NCBI GenBank assembly: GCA_964563295.1
Contig: CAZLWX010000001.1
Coordinates: 2,545 to 66,544 of the forward strand
From: an uncultured Roseivirgaceae bacterium
GTDB lineage: Bacteria > Bacteroidota > Bacteroidia > Cytophagales > Cyclobacteriaceae
Direction: 5' to 3'
DNA: 64,000 nt
Shown here: in pieces, positions 1 through 9,520 of the stretch
How positions within the stretch are numbered: position 1 is the stretch's first letter
Layout of the letters: each line of letters starts with the position of its first letter
The notes under the pieces: model-generated
The model's database searches: none
Told to the model about the DNA's origin: nothing
Seen by the model: only the letters and a program-made list of their open reading frames with translations
Translations under genes and position numbers: made by a program

Positions 1-142
1 AGGCACATACGATCCAGTCGAAAAGCGTCGCGCCTGTCCAGATGGCGGCGAGGGGCAACAAGTGGACCGCCAAAAATGCCAGCTCCTGCGAAAGCACTGG
101 TTTGTTTCTCGGCTGCGGAGTCAAGGTTTGTGTTTGATTCAT
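1..142 (-). CDS. Partial CDS, N-terminus only, continuing past the left edge. Membrane protein, possibly acyl-CoA desaturase-like.
   Basis: A reverse-strand ATG (cat at 140-142) opens a frame that runs off the window: MNQTQTLTPQPRNKPVLSQELAFLAVHLLPLAAIWTGATLFDWIVCA. The hydrophobic N-terminus resembles the start of membrane desaturases. The diagnostic His boxes would lie outside the window. Confidence 0.3.
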   Translation of the reverse strand, partial: MNQTQTLTPQPRNKPVLSQELAFLAVHLLPLAAIWTGATLFDWIVCA

Positions 143-304
143 TGTGATCCAGAACAGCAGAGGTACTCGTTAAAGTTCGCCGGCGTCTGCTGAATTCCGC
201 CGATCGAAAAGACAAAGGTCGGGGCTAAAATCCACAAATCATTACCTTCCGGGTTAATAATTCCGGTTTTTCGACAGAAAACGGTCTCCAAAACAGTTGT
301 TAGC

Positions 305-1600
305 TTATAACCGGCGATTAGGTAAAGCGACATTTATCCCAATCCGAAAATTCACGTTTTTCGACCGTCGCGGAAAAACTGTGCCTATCACATTGTCGGA
401 AACGGCATAAAACTGCAGCCGGCCCACCTCGCTTACTATCGAGAGCCCCAGGTTTGCCCAGCGCTTGTTTTTCCAGGAGAGTGATGCGCCGACATCCAGG
501 AAAGAGTTAAACCGATGGGACGCCACCACCGATATCGCCGGTCGCGGGCGATCAAAGAAACCCGTAAGGGTAACAATTCCGACACTCGTGGCGGGGCTAA
601 GTTGCCAGCTCGCGCTGAAAAAGGCTTGTGGAACAAGCGGTGAGGTGAAGGAAGCCGAGTCTTCGCGCGGCAAGAATGTACCGCGCAGGGTGTCCGCCAG
701 GTTATTCAATGTCAGCGTGTCATTTTGAAAATACTCGACCAGGTCCAGGCCTTCGAACCGGTATGAGCCATCCACACGGTAGTTCTTCACATCATCACGC
801 CACCGGATTTCTCCAATGTTGATGACGCTGGCATGCAAGGTCAACTTTGGATGAACAGCCGCCGTGATACCAATGTCAAAGGCGTATCCCGGATTATCGA
901 AGCTGAGGGCAGCACCCCATCCATTTTCGCGGAAATTATGAATGCCCGCAGTCTTGATATAGTACGACGAGTTGACATACATGGAATAATCCGTCGAGTC
1001 GGTGAACATTGTCAGCCTCCCGCGCTCTGAAGAACAATTGCCCAATCCTGCCAGCAGCTTGCCACGGACGCCCACCGAGAACTTACTGAACACATAACCT
1101 GCAGTCAGACTGAACTCACGATAATACACGGCATTTATTTGCGGTCCCAACGAGACAGTGTCGCCGAGATAGGCTGCGTTGCCGCGCCACAGCACGTCAA
1201 TGAGCGACTTCGGATAGGAAAATTTCACATTCATTTTTTCGGTCACCAACGCCGATAAAAACCAATCGTGCTTTCGCCAGGCGAACCTCAGCAGGTCAGC
1301 ATTGAACTGATATTGAATAATGTTGTCGGGGTGCAGCTTGGTGAGAATCCCTTCAACATCATAGACGGCAGAATCTGGTCCATACTTCCTCACAAGATCA
1401 TTGAAGACAAAAGCGTTGTTGCCATAATTGAATGCAATCGAAGGAAAGCCGATCGTCCACCCTTCCTTGACTGGTGGAATGGAGGGGTTGGTTGCAGCGG
1501 ACTGAGGAAGTTTTGGCAGGGAGCTGAGCAGCATCTCCTGTTGTGCCGAAACCGATACGGGCAGGATAAGGGCAATGACGGCTATGAAACGAAGTCTCAT
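305..1600 (-). CDS. Hypothetical secreted protein, probably an outer-membrane beta-barrel.
   Basis: 431-aa ORF with a signal peptide (MRLRFIAVIALILPVSVSAQQ). It has alternating aromatic/small residue strands and a C-terminal F-containing strand (NFRIGINVAL). Its start overlaps the stop of the upstream gene (ATGA at 1597-1600). I recognised no domain by eye. Confidence 0.6.
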   Translation of the reverse strand: MRLRFIAVIALILPVSVSAQQEMLLSSLPKLPQSAATNPSIPPVKEGWTIGFPSIAFNYGNNAFVFNDLVRKYGPDSAVYDVEGILTKLHPDNIIQYQFNADLLRFAWRKHDWFLSALVTEKMNVKFSYPKSLIDVLWRGNAAYLGDTVSLGPQINAVYYREFSLTAGYVFSKFSVGVRGKLLAGLGNCSSERGRLTMFTDSTDYSMYVNSSYYIKTAGIHNFRENGWGAALSFDNPGYAFDIGITAAVHPKLTLHASVINIGEIRWRDDVKNYRVDGSYRFEGLDLVEYFQNDTLTLNNLADTLRGTFLPREDSASFTSPLVPQAFFSASWQLSPATSVGIVTLTGFFDRPRPAISVVASHRFNSFLDVGASLSWKNKRWANLGLSIVSEVGRLQFYAVSDNVIGTVFPRRSKNVNFRIGINVALPNRRL

Positions 1601-3093
1601 GGTCTCAACGTTGCAATAGCTCCTACCTTGACTTTAAGAAAATTGGAAGTGGTGTAGCGCACGAACTGTTCACCCCCTCCCGCGGTGGCGACCCGAACAC
1701 CGACCACCATCCGCGTTGCCCGGTAGACGTTATTCAACTTTTCCTGGCTCAGATCAATGGTCGTCAGCTTTGTCGCGGGTGATATAGCATTGCCGACTTC
1801 ATCAACTTCCCCTGAACGCATCAGTTGTGAATCATTCGCCAGCAGTGAATCGATCAAGACGCCCTCGTCATCGAGCAAGTACAGTTGCGTCCATAAATCA
1901 TGCGGAAACGAGTTCTCAAATTCCAGTCTCATCGACAACGCTTCAATGTTTTGAATGGTGTCAATCCTGATGTCAAACGTATCGCGAACTACGGCATCGC
2001 GAATCGCACATTGGAATGGGACTTCAACGGCAGCATCGATCCTTATCCGGCTGTCGCCCTTCAACCGATACATGCTTGGGCTCTCGGAATTGATTGCGGC
2101 ATTGAGAGAAATCTGATACGTAATCTCCTGGGGACTGATAGAAAGAAAATCGGAGATATTGCTGTTCTCGTCACTGATTGCCGCAGTGTCATATTCGGCG
2201 TTGGTTCCGCCCGGCGATTGCCAACCATTCGTCACGATGGAACCTGAAAGCGTCGCGGAAGCCACAGTACCGATAGCGCTGACATTGGAAATGCTAATGT
2301 TTAGCGGAAAGCCAAGATCGCTTTGCAGCAGGAATAAAATACGGGGATTGACCAGGGTAATTGAACCGCTCACCCAGTTGGAGGTGATGTCAATATCTAT
2401 GGTGTCATGCCTGGGCGGCAGTTGAAAGCTTTTCAGGAATCCTTCGACATAACTAAATTCCAAATCCTTAAGTTTTCCCTGGAACCGGGCAAGTTCGTCG
2501 TTTACTTCAGAGTCATTACCAACAACATCATAAAGAATAGCCAACGAGTTTGATCCCGAGTTTGGATCGAAGTCAATCAGATATCCCGATAGGTCAATTT
2601 GGCCGGCATATGTCGCCTGGCCCTTGTCGGTCGGGATAGACCACGTGTAAGCAACACCGTCGTGGGTTGCCTGTGGTATAGAAAATGTGATTACGCCGTC
2701 CGTTGGCTCCCGGGCTTCGACGATGTACTCAATTAATCCTGTTGTCAGTGCGATTGATTTCAGCAGATCGTTCTCGGGCCATTCGAGGGGAATGACGATA
2801 GTTTTCTCGAGGTCGGTAAGTGAAAAATTGAAGTCTGGTATGCGAAAAATATCCGCCCCTGAAAGCGTCAGCACTTCGTGTTCATAGACGAGCTCGACAA
2901 TGTCATTGTCACCCGCTCGTACGTAGCCTTCAGGTCCCACGTTCTCGAGAATGTCGTTTGCGCTGATCTCAGTAAATATCAACGGCACGGCAACAGTGGG
3001 ACGCCACTCCGGCAATCCAACATTTTCAAGATCCCGGCGGAAGCAGCCGACCATCATCATCGTAATGGCGACCAGGAGAACAATGATTTTCAT
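1597..3093 (-). CDS. Hypothetical lipoprotein.
   Basis: I prefer the internal ATG at 3093 (MKIIVLLVAITMMMVGC, lipobox-like VGC) over the ORF-track start at 3147, which would overlap mutS by 44 nt. The protein is about 498 aa with no recognisable motif. Confidence 0.6.
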   Translation of the reverse strand: MKIIVLLVAITMMMVGCFRRDLENVGLPEWRPTVAVPLIFTEISANDILENVGPEGYVRAGDNDIVELVYEHEVLTLSGADIFRIPDFNFSLTDLEKTIVIPLEWPENDLLKSIALTTGLIEYIVEAREPTDGVITFSIPQATHDGVAYTWSIPTDKGQATYAGQIDLSGYLIDFDPNSGSNSLAILYDVVGNDSEVNDELARFQGKLKDLEFSYVEGFLKSFQLPPRHDTIDIDITSNWVSGSITLVNPRILFLLQSDLGFPLNISISNVSAIGTVASATLSGSIVTNGWQSPGGTNAEYDTAAISDENSNISDFLSISPQEITYQISLNAAINSESPSMYRLKGDSRIRIDAAVEVPFQCAIRDAVVRDTFDIRIDTIQNIEALSMRLEFENSFPHDLWTQLYLLDDEGVLIDSLLANDSQLMRSGEVDEVGNAISPATKLTTIDLSQEKLNNVYRATRMVVGVRVATAGGGEQFVRYTTSNFLKVKVGAIATLRP

Positions 3094-3103
3094 GCCGTTG
3101 AAT

Positions 3104-5728
3104 CTAGTCACGGCGTTTTCCCTCGTTGAGGATTGCGAGCAGCTCATTAAGCTTAAGCAAGGCCTCCACCGGGCTCATCGTATTAATGTCGAGCTGACGC
3201 AACTTTTCTTCCATCTGTATAAACCGCGGATCAGCTTCGAACAAGCTCATTTGAGGCGATGGTTTTGGCACTTCCTGGATTTTTTTCTTTTCATTCTTGT
3301 GCTTGTCTCGTTCGAGGAACTGAAGGATCTCGTTGGCACGGAACACAACCTTATTCGGCATCCCGGCAAGCTGCGCGACGTGGATTCCAAAACTGTGCTC
3401 GCTGCCGCCCTCCTTCAGCTTGCGCATGAAAATGATTCGATCTCCGACTTCTTTCACGGACACATTAAAGTTTCTCACGCGCGGCAGATCTTCCTCCAGC
3501 TGATTAAGTTCATGGTAATGCGTGGCAAACAATGTCTTTGGCTTGCAGTCTTTGTGCGCGTGATTGTGCAGGTATTCCACAATTGCCCATGCGATAGAAA
3601 CGCCGTCATATGTGCTTGTGCCCCTGCCGATCTCGTCCATCAGAATCAGGCTCCGGCTGCTCAGGTTGTTCAGGATACTGGCTGTTTCAGTCATCTCGAC
3701 CATGAATGTCGATTCGCCCCTCGACAGGTTGTCTGATGCGCCCACCCGAGTAAAGATCTTATCGACCAATCCGATAGATGCGCTCTCCGCCGGAACGAAG
3801 CTGCCCATCTGTGCCATCAGCACGATGAGCGCAGTCTGACGAAGTAAGGCGGACTTGCCCGCCATGTTCGGGCCGGTGATAATTAGTATTTGTTGTTTTT
3901 CGCTGTCGAGGTAGATATCGTTGGGGACATAGGTCTCTCCGACGGGTAGTTGCTTCTCGATGACCGGATGACGACCGCCCTTGATATCGAGAATAAGCGA
4001 ATCGTTGATCGCGGGCTTATGGTATTTATTTGACCTGGCAACCGATGCGAATGAGAGCAGGCAATCCAGTTGGGCGATGACTCGCGCATTCTGCTGAATC
4101 TGCGGAATATAGCCGGCGGCGTGATGGACCAACTCGTGAAAGATTCGCTGTTCAATGACTACCAGCTTGTCTTCCGCATTGAGTATTTTTTCCTCGTAGG
4201 TTTTTAATTCCTCGGTGATATACCGTTCTGCGTTGACCAGTGTCTGCTTGCGAATCCAGTCCGCAGGCACCTTATCCTTGTTTGCGTTGCTGACCTCGAG
4301 ATAATAGCCGAAAACCTTATTGTAGGAAATCTTGAGAGAAGATATACCAGTGCGCTCCACTTCGCGCTTTTGTATCTGAATCAAATAGTCTTTACCGGAG
4401 AACGCAATCTTTCTCAATTCATCGAGCTCGGCATCCACTCCTTCGCAGATAACGCTTCCCTGGTTGGTGGTCAGGGGCGCATCTTCGCGCAGTTCCCGGT
4501 CGATCTTTTCCAGCAGGAATTCGCAAGGGTGCAGTTGATCGGCGAGCTTTTGCATTTCGGGCGACGCGTGCTCCTTCAACAGCTGTCGTATGGGCACAAT
4601 ACACTTCAACGAGCGTTTGAGTTGAAGCATTTCGCGTGGGTTGACCCGGTTCACAGCTACCTTCGAGATCAGTCGCTCCAGGTCCGCAATTTGTCGCAAC
4701 GGCTCGCTGACGCGGTCTGCAAGTTGATCGTCATTAAAGAAGATATCGACAACGCGCAGCCTCTCATCAATGGCTACTTTATCTTTCAACGGAAGGATCA
4801 TCCATTTGCGCAGCTGTCGCGAGCCCATCGGCGTGAGGGTGTGATCGAGAATGTCGATTAGCGGAACGCCACCCTCGAGCTGGGAAGAGATGATCTCCAG
4901 ATTTCGGATTGTAAATTTGTCGAGCCAGACAAACCGGTCCTCTTCGATGCGCGACAAGGACGCAATGTGGGATGTGTCTTTGTGCTCGGTATCTTCCAGG
5001 TAGTGAAGGATCGCACCAGCGGCAATGATCGCTTCGCCAAGGCCATCGATGCCAAAGCCCTTCAGTGATGCCGTTTTGAAATGGTTGATCAGCTTCTCGT
5101 ATGTGTAATCAAAACCGTAAACCCACTCATCCAGCGCGAAGAGATTGTATTCGTCGCCGAAAAGTTTCTCAAAGCGATCTCTTGCGGATTTACTGAAAAT
5201 GATTTCCGAAGGTGAGAATCCCTGGATTAGCTTCTGTATGTAATTTTCATTGCCCTGGGCAGCATAAAATTCACCGGTTGAAACATCCAGGAATGAAACG
5301 CCAACCTGTTCTTTACCTGCAAAGACCGATGCGAGAAAATTATTTTGCTTTCGGTCCAGAACATTATCATTGAACGAAACACCAGGGGTAACGAGTTCGG
5401 TCACTCCGCGCTTCACAATTCCCTTTACTAATCGAGGATCTTCCAGTTGGTCGCAGATGGCGACGCGATGCCCGGCTCGTACAAGTTTGGGAAGATAGGT
5501 ATCGAGTGCATGGTGGGGAAATCCAGCAAGTTCGATCTCGGAAGCAGAGCCGTTTCCTCTCTTTGTCAGAACGATATCGAGCACTTTGCTTGCTGCGATG
5601 GCGTCGCTACCGAAAGTTTCATAAAAGTCACCCACGCGAAAGAGCAACAGTGCTCCAGGATACTTCGCCTTAATGGCGTTGTACTGCTTCATCAGCGGAG
5701 TCTCGGTAGTGGTTCTGGCTTCGGACAT
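3104..5728 (-). CDS. mutS: DNA mismatch repair protein MutS.
   Basis: N-terminus TPLMKQYNAIKAKYPGALLLFRVGDFYETF, Walker A ITGPNMAGKS, and STFMVEM/DEIGRGTSTYDG motifs. The start is set at ATG 5728 (MSEARTTTE). The 38 upstream codons in the ORF track look non-coding. Confidence 0.95.
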   Translation of the reverse strand: MSEARTTTETPLMKQYNAIKAKYPGALLLFRVGDFYETFGSDAIAASKVLDIVLTKRGNGSASEIELAGFPHHALDTYLPKLVRAGHRVAICDQLEDPRLVKGIVKRGVTELVTPGVSFNDNVLDRKQNNFLASVFAGKEQVGVSFLDVSTGEFYAAQGNENYIQKLIQGFSPSEIIFSKSARDRFEKLFGDEYNLFALDEWVYGFDYTYEKLINHFKTASLKGFGIDGLGEAIIAAGAILHYLEDTEHKDTSHIASLSRIEEDRFVWLDKFTIRNLEIISSQLEGGVPLIDILDHTLTPMGSRQLRKWMILPLKDKVAIDERLRVVDIFFNDDQLADRVSEPLRQIADLERLISKVAVNRVNPREMLQLKRSLKCIVPIRQLLKEHASPEMQKLADQLHPCEFLLEKIDRELREDAPLTTNQGSVICEGVDAELDELRKIAFSGKDYLIQIQKREVERTGISSLKISYNKVFGYYLEVSNANKDKVPADWIRKQTLVNAERYITEELKTYEEKILNAEDKLVVIEQRIFHELVHHAAGYIPQIQQNARVIAQLDCLLSFASVARSNKYHKPAINDSLILDIKGGRHPVIEKQLPVGETYVPNDIYLDSEKQQILIITGPNMAGKSALLRQTALIVLMAQMGSFVPAESASIGLVDKIFTRVGASDNLSRGESTFMVEMTETASILNNLSSRSLILMDEIGRGTSTYDGVSIAWAIVEYLHNHAHKDCKPKTLFATHYHELNQLEEDLPRVRNFNVSVKEVGDRIIFMRKLKEGGSEHSFGIHVAQLAGMPNKVVFRANEILQFLERDKHKNEKKKIQEVPKPSPQMSLFEADPRFIQMEEKLRQLDINTMSPVEALLKLNELLAILNEGKRRD

Positions 5729-5899
5729 GAAAAAACAAAGATAAAAAAAGCCGACCGCCATTTTGGTGGGTAGTGAAGTTTTGTTCGGCTCAGTGATGTG
5801 TCCCATCACGACGCTTGCAAGAACAGCTCGCATCAAACCCACAGATTTCCTGACAATATTGCGCAGATTATATCGGAAGAATCTACGGAGGCAGCGAAA

Positions 5900-6739
5900 T
5901 TAGCGTCCCGCCATCTTGTTGTTGCGGTAGATTTCCTTCCCTTGTTCGTTCCATTCGATCCTGATGAAGGGCTTAGTCTCTTCATCGAAGGGCTCCTTGG
6001 GGTAGGCGATAATCTTCTTTCGTCTGTTGTTGGGGTAGTATTCCACCCACTCCCCTACTTTCTGGTCCCACTTGTATTCTCCTGACACTGCCATTTGGCC
6101 GTTCTCGTAGAAGTAGTAGTAGTAGCCGTCCTTCTCCCCGTACTCAATCGGTGTGATTTCCTTCATTTTTTTCCGTTCCGTGGGATCGTAGTAGCTCACC
6201 AGGGATTCCTTTGGCCAACCGCGGAAATATTTTTCCTTATTGAGCAGCACGCTGTCACGGGAGTATTCCATCCACCGGCCGTGCCGCGTTCCCTTATAGA
6301 AGATGCCTTTTTGAAGCACCACGTCGTTCTGCGTTTTGGTATAAGGACCATGCAATAGCACGCCTTTTTTCACATCAAACCCCTGAGGACTTGTCTTCCG
6401 GATTTCGCGACGGGTGAAATCGTACCAATAGACATCGCGGACGAACGTCTGAGGACGCTCTGGTTTTTTCAAGAAATAGAATATCTCATAGGTGACACGG
6501 TCTCCATATCCCTTTCGGGTGAACCCTTTCCTGGTCTTGATTCCATAAAACACCTTTTTCTTCGGCTTCTTCCTTTTCTTAGGAACTTCCTCTTCCTCTT
6601 CTTCGCCGAAATCCAGCGTGACCGGAGTGTCGATTGTAAACCGTTCATCAATCTGCTCGACCGGTATCTCCTCATCCTGCGCGATAGCCGGGACTATTGG
6701 GAGGGCCAGTATTACTAAGAAGACCAGTCTGTGACGCAT
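5900..6739 (-). CDS. Secreted MORN-repeat (YwqK-like) protein.
   Basis: Signal peptide MRHRLVFLVILALPIVPAIAQ. Repeated G.Y..Y..G....G.W motifs (GIFYKGTRHGRWMEY, GYYYYFYENGQMAVSGEYKWDQKVGEWVEYY). A charged linker EEEEEEVPKKRKKPKKK. Confidence 0.6.
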   Translation of the reverse strand: MRHRLVFLVILALPIVPAIAQDEEIPVEQIDERFTIDTPVTLDFGEEEEEEVPKKRKKPKKKVFYGIKTRKGFTRKGYGDRVTYEIFYFLKKPERPQTFVRDVYWYDFTRREIRKTSPQGFDVKKGVLLHGPYTKTQNDVVLQKGIFYKGTRHGRWMEYSRDSVLLNKEKYFRGWPKESLVSYYDPTERKKMKEITPIEYGEKDGYYYYFYENGQMAVSGEYKWDQKVGEWVEYYPNNRRKKIIAYPKEPFDEETKPFIRIEWNEQGKEIYRNNKMAGR

Positions 6740-6871
6740 AGGGTATTTTTCGAAGGGCTATTGGGTGTTGGTTCCGAATGCCAATAGCCTACGACCCGAC
6801 AACGAAATTATGGAAAAAATAGTATGCTGTGGCAGCCAGACGAGCCAACAGCGAACCGCCAATCACCGGTC

Positions 6872-8770
6872 TCATGACACGAGCTCGACACTTCGTTTTA
6901 TGAAATCGGTGAGTTTCGGACCCGTCAACATGTTTTGGGACAGCAACGCGAGATCGAAAGCCTGTCGTGCCAGCTGGTTCTTTTGCTCGTCTGACTCCGC
7001 CGACAGGATCTTCCGAATGATGCTGTGATTGCCGTTCACAGCCACATTGTGGGTGTCCGGCATCGTTCCCATAAATCCATATCCGCCCCCTGTGCGGGCC
7101 ATGTCCTTCATCCGGCGCATGAATTCGGCAACAGTTATCACCACCGGCAAGTCGTCCGGGGACATGGCCTCCACGGAAACAACCATGTTCTTGTCATTGA
7201 TTGCGGACTCAAAAATCGTCTTCACCTTTTCCGTTTCTTCGGTGGTCAAAACGCTCTCAGCCTTTTCATCCTTGTCGATGAGTTTGTCAGGAGTCGCGCT
7301 GTCCACTCGCTTGAACTGGGTTTTCTCCAGCTTCTGCTCAAGCGTGTTAATAAAGTGACTGTCCAGAATTCCGTCGAGTAAAAGGACATCATACGCTTTT
7401 CCTTTAGCGGCCTCGACAAACCCGTGCTGTTTGCCCTGGTCCGTGGCATACAGGTAGACATGAGATTTATCCTTGTCGGTTTGGTTGGCCTTAACCTTGT
7501 CCTTGTACTCGTCAAGCGTGAAATAGGTCTCATCTACGTTCTTCAACAAGGCAAATTCCCGCGCACGCTCGAAAAATTTCTCGTCGCTAATCATTCCGTA
7601 CTTGACGAAGATGCTGATATCGTCCCACTTCTTCTCAAAATCCTTGCGGTCCTTCTTGAACAGGTCATTCAACTTATCGGCGACCTTTTTCGTGATATGC
7701 TGACTGATTTTCTTGACGTTGGCATCGGACTGCAAATAACTTCGCGAGACGTTGAGCGGGATATCCGGCGAATCGAGGACCCCATGAAGTAACATCAGGA
7801 AGTCAGGAACAACATCCTTCACTTCGTCGGTGATGAATACCTGACGCGAATACAACTGAATCTTGTTCTTCTGGAGTTCGAAATCGTTCTTCACCTTTGG
7901 AAAGTAGAGTATTCCCGTAAGGTAGAAGGGATAGTCAACATTCAGATGAATCCAGAACAGCGGATCATCGGAAAATGGGTAGAGCTCTTTGTAAAACTTC
8001 AGATAATCTTCATCCTTCAGATCGTTTGGCGATTTTGTCCAAAGCGGCGAAGGATTATTGATGATGCGATCAACCGTGACCGTCTTGTATTTGGGTTTTC
8101 CGTCCTTGTCGACACCGTCCTCGACACTCTCCTCCTTCGTTCCAAACTTGATTTCCACTGGAAGGAAGCGGCAGTATTTTTCGAGTATTCCCTTCAGCCG
8201 CCATTCGTCCAGGAATTCTTCCGAGTCTTTATTGACATGAAGAATGACGTCTGTTCCGCGATCTGTACGCGTTGCCGGCGAAAGCTCAAACTGAGTCGAA
8301 CCATCACACGTCCACCGGACACCATTCTGGTCCGTCGCTTGGAACGAGCGCGACACAATCTCGACGTTGTCGGCGACCATGAATGAGGAATAGAACCCCA
8401 ATCCAAACTTGCCGATGATGTCTTTGCCGTCGGCTTTGTCCTTGAATTTCTCAAGAAATTCGGCGGCACCGGAGAAAGCGATCTGATTGATGTATTTCTT
8501 GATTTCCTCGCCGGTCATCCCGATCCCCCGGTCGCTGACGGTAATGGTCTTCTTCTTTTTGTCGAAGCTGACGGTTATTGTCAGATCGCCAAGTTCCCCG
8601 GTAAATTCACCCAAAGACGAGAGCTTCTTCAATTTTTGAGTAGCGTCAACAGCATTCGACACCAGTTCGCGCAGGAAAATCTCGTGATCAGAGTAAAGAA
8701 ACTTCTTGATGATGGGGAAGATGTTCTCGGTGTGAATGGAGATTGTGCCTTTTTCCAGAATTTCAGCCAT
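6872..8770 (-). CDS. htpG: Molecular chaperone HtpG (Hsp90 family).
   Basis: 632 aa. N-terminal GHKL ATPase signature FLYSDHEIFLRELVSNAVDA, GKFGLGFYSSFMV, and an Hsp90 middle/C-terminal layout. Confidence 0.95.
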   Translation of the reverse strand: MAEILEKGTISIHTENIFPIIKKFLYSDHEIFLRELVSNAVDATQKLKKLSSLGEFTGELGDLTITVSFDKKKKTITVSDRGIGMTGEEIKKYINQIAFSGAAEFLEKFKDKADGKDIIGKFGLGFYSSFMVADNVEIVSRSFQATDQNGVRWTCDGSTQFELSPATRTDRGTDVILHVNKDSEEFLDEWRLKGILEKYCRFLPVEIKFGTKEESVEDGVDKDGKPKYKTVTVDRIINNPSPLWTKSPNDLKDEDYLKFYKELYPFSDDPLFWIHLNVDYPFYLTGILYFPKVKNDFELQKNKIQLYSRQVFITDEVKDVVPDFLMLLHGVLDSPDIPLNVSRSYLQSDANVKKISQHITKKVADKLNDLFKKDRKDFEKKWDDISIFVKYGMISDEKFFERAREFALLKNVDETYFTLDEYKDKVKANQTDKDKSHVYLYATDQGKQHGFVEAAKGKAYDVLLLDGILDSHFINTLEQKLEKTQFKRVDSATPDKLIDKDEKAESVLTTEETEKVKTIFESAINDKNMVVSVEAMSPDDLPVVITVAEFMRRMKDMARTGGGYGFMGTMPDTHNVAVNGNHSIIRKILSAESDEQKNQLARQAFDLALLSQNMLTGPKLTDFIKRSVELVS

Positions 8771-8934
8771 AGTTCAGCGGATTTTTTCCTTTTGAATTAT
8801 TGCCGCGAAGTTCAAAAAATATTCCAAAGGGAGAATTATGACAGTAAGAACTATTATCGCGGCTTGAAATCAGCCAAATTGACATTTTTCAGCCAAACAG
8901 AAAGGGACAAGGGCTGAGAAGACGATCACGATGA

Positions 8935-9411
8935 TTACCGCAGTCTCGACGAAGCCCTCACCAGTCTTTCATCACGACGGATAAACCGGTTGGCCAGCAA
9001 ATTGCAAATCACGGCAACACCGGGGAGCCACAGACCAAGACTGTAGCCGCCAGCTCCAAATTCCCTGATTAGCTGGTTGGAAAAAAGAACGGCACACAAG
9101 ATTGTGCCGGCCATGAACAGCGAGTTCAGGGCACCGAGTTTCATCTGAAGTACGCGATCGCGGAACTTTCGTATTTCAATGATTGCAATGGTGATCGCGG
9201 CGATCGCCAGGACCGCGGTAAGGGCGTATGGATAATACAATGTGATTTGGCCTTCTCCTCCGGCTGATGATCCATTGGTCGTGTAATGCAAAGGGAAAAG
9301 CCGGTGCAACGTCCCCCTTCCATCGTCAAATATCCAGATAGGAAACAAAAGCGATGCGGTCAGGCTGAGAATGACCAATGCCAGAAATACTGTCTGAATT
9401 CTTTGCCACAT
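8935..9411 (-). CDS. DUF4293-like integral membrane protein.
   Basis: 158 aa with four predicted TM segments. The N-terminus MWQRIQTVFLALVILSL is typical of the Bacteroidota DUF4293 family. The family assignment is from memory, not a search. Confidence 0.55.
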   Translation of the reverse strand: MWQRIQTVFLALVILSLTASLLFPIWIFDDGRGTLHRLFPLHYTTNGSSAGGEGQITLYYPYALTAVLAIAAITIAIIEIRKFRDRVLQMKLGALNSLFMAGTILCAVLFSNQLIREFGAGGYSLGLWLPGVAVICNLLANRFIRRDERLVRASSRLR

Positions 9412-9520
9412 GTTGCTGTTGGTTTAACTTGGTGCCCCACGAAGCCCAAAACTACGGAATCGCGCGGAAAAGCGTTACTTCGGCTTTTGATTAAACCCTT
9501 AAGAGATCGGCACCACGGTT

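Noticed and set aside
139-333. A 64-codon minus-strand ORF bridging the first two genes.
   Set aside because: It overlaps the start of the partial left-edge CDS and the 3' end of the beta-barrel gene. It has no motif and is likely spurious.
5729-5842. An N-terminal 38-codon extension of mutS in the ORF track. Analogous upstream extensions occur at 22738, 26966, 29883, 51410-51586, 60197 and 3094-3147.
   Set aside because: The conserved N-termini or signal peptides begin at internal ATGs. The extensions overlap upstream genes or encode implausible sequence.
6756-6789. A 9-bp inverted repeat GGCTATTGG-N16-CCAATAGCC between htpG and the MORN-repeat gene.
   Set aside because: It has no adjacent T-tract on either strand and a long loop. 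It could be regulatory, but I cannot support a specific call.
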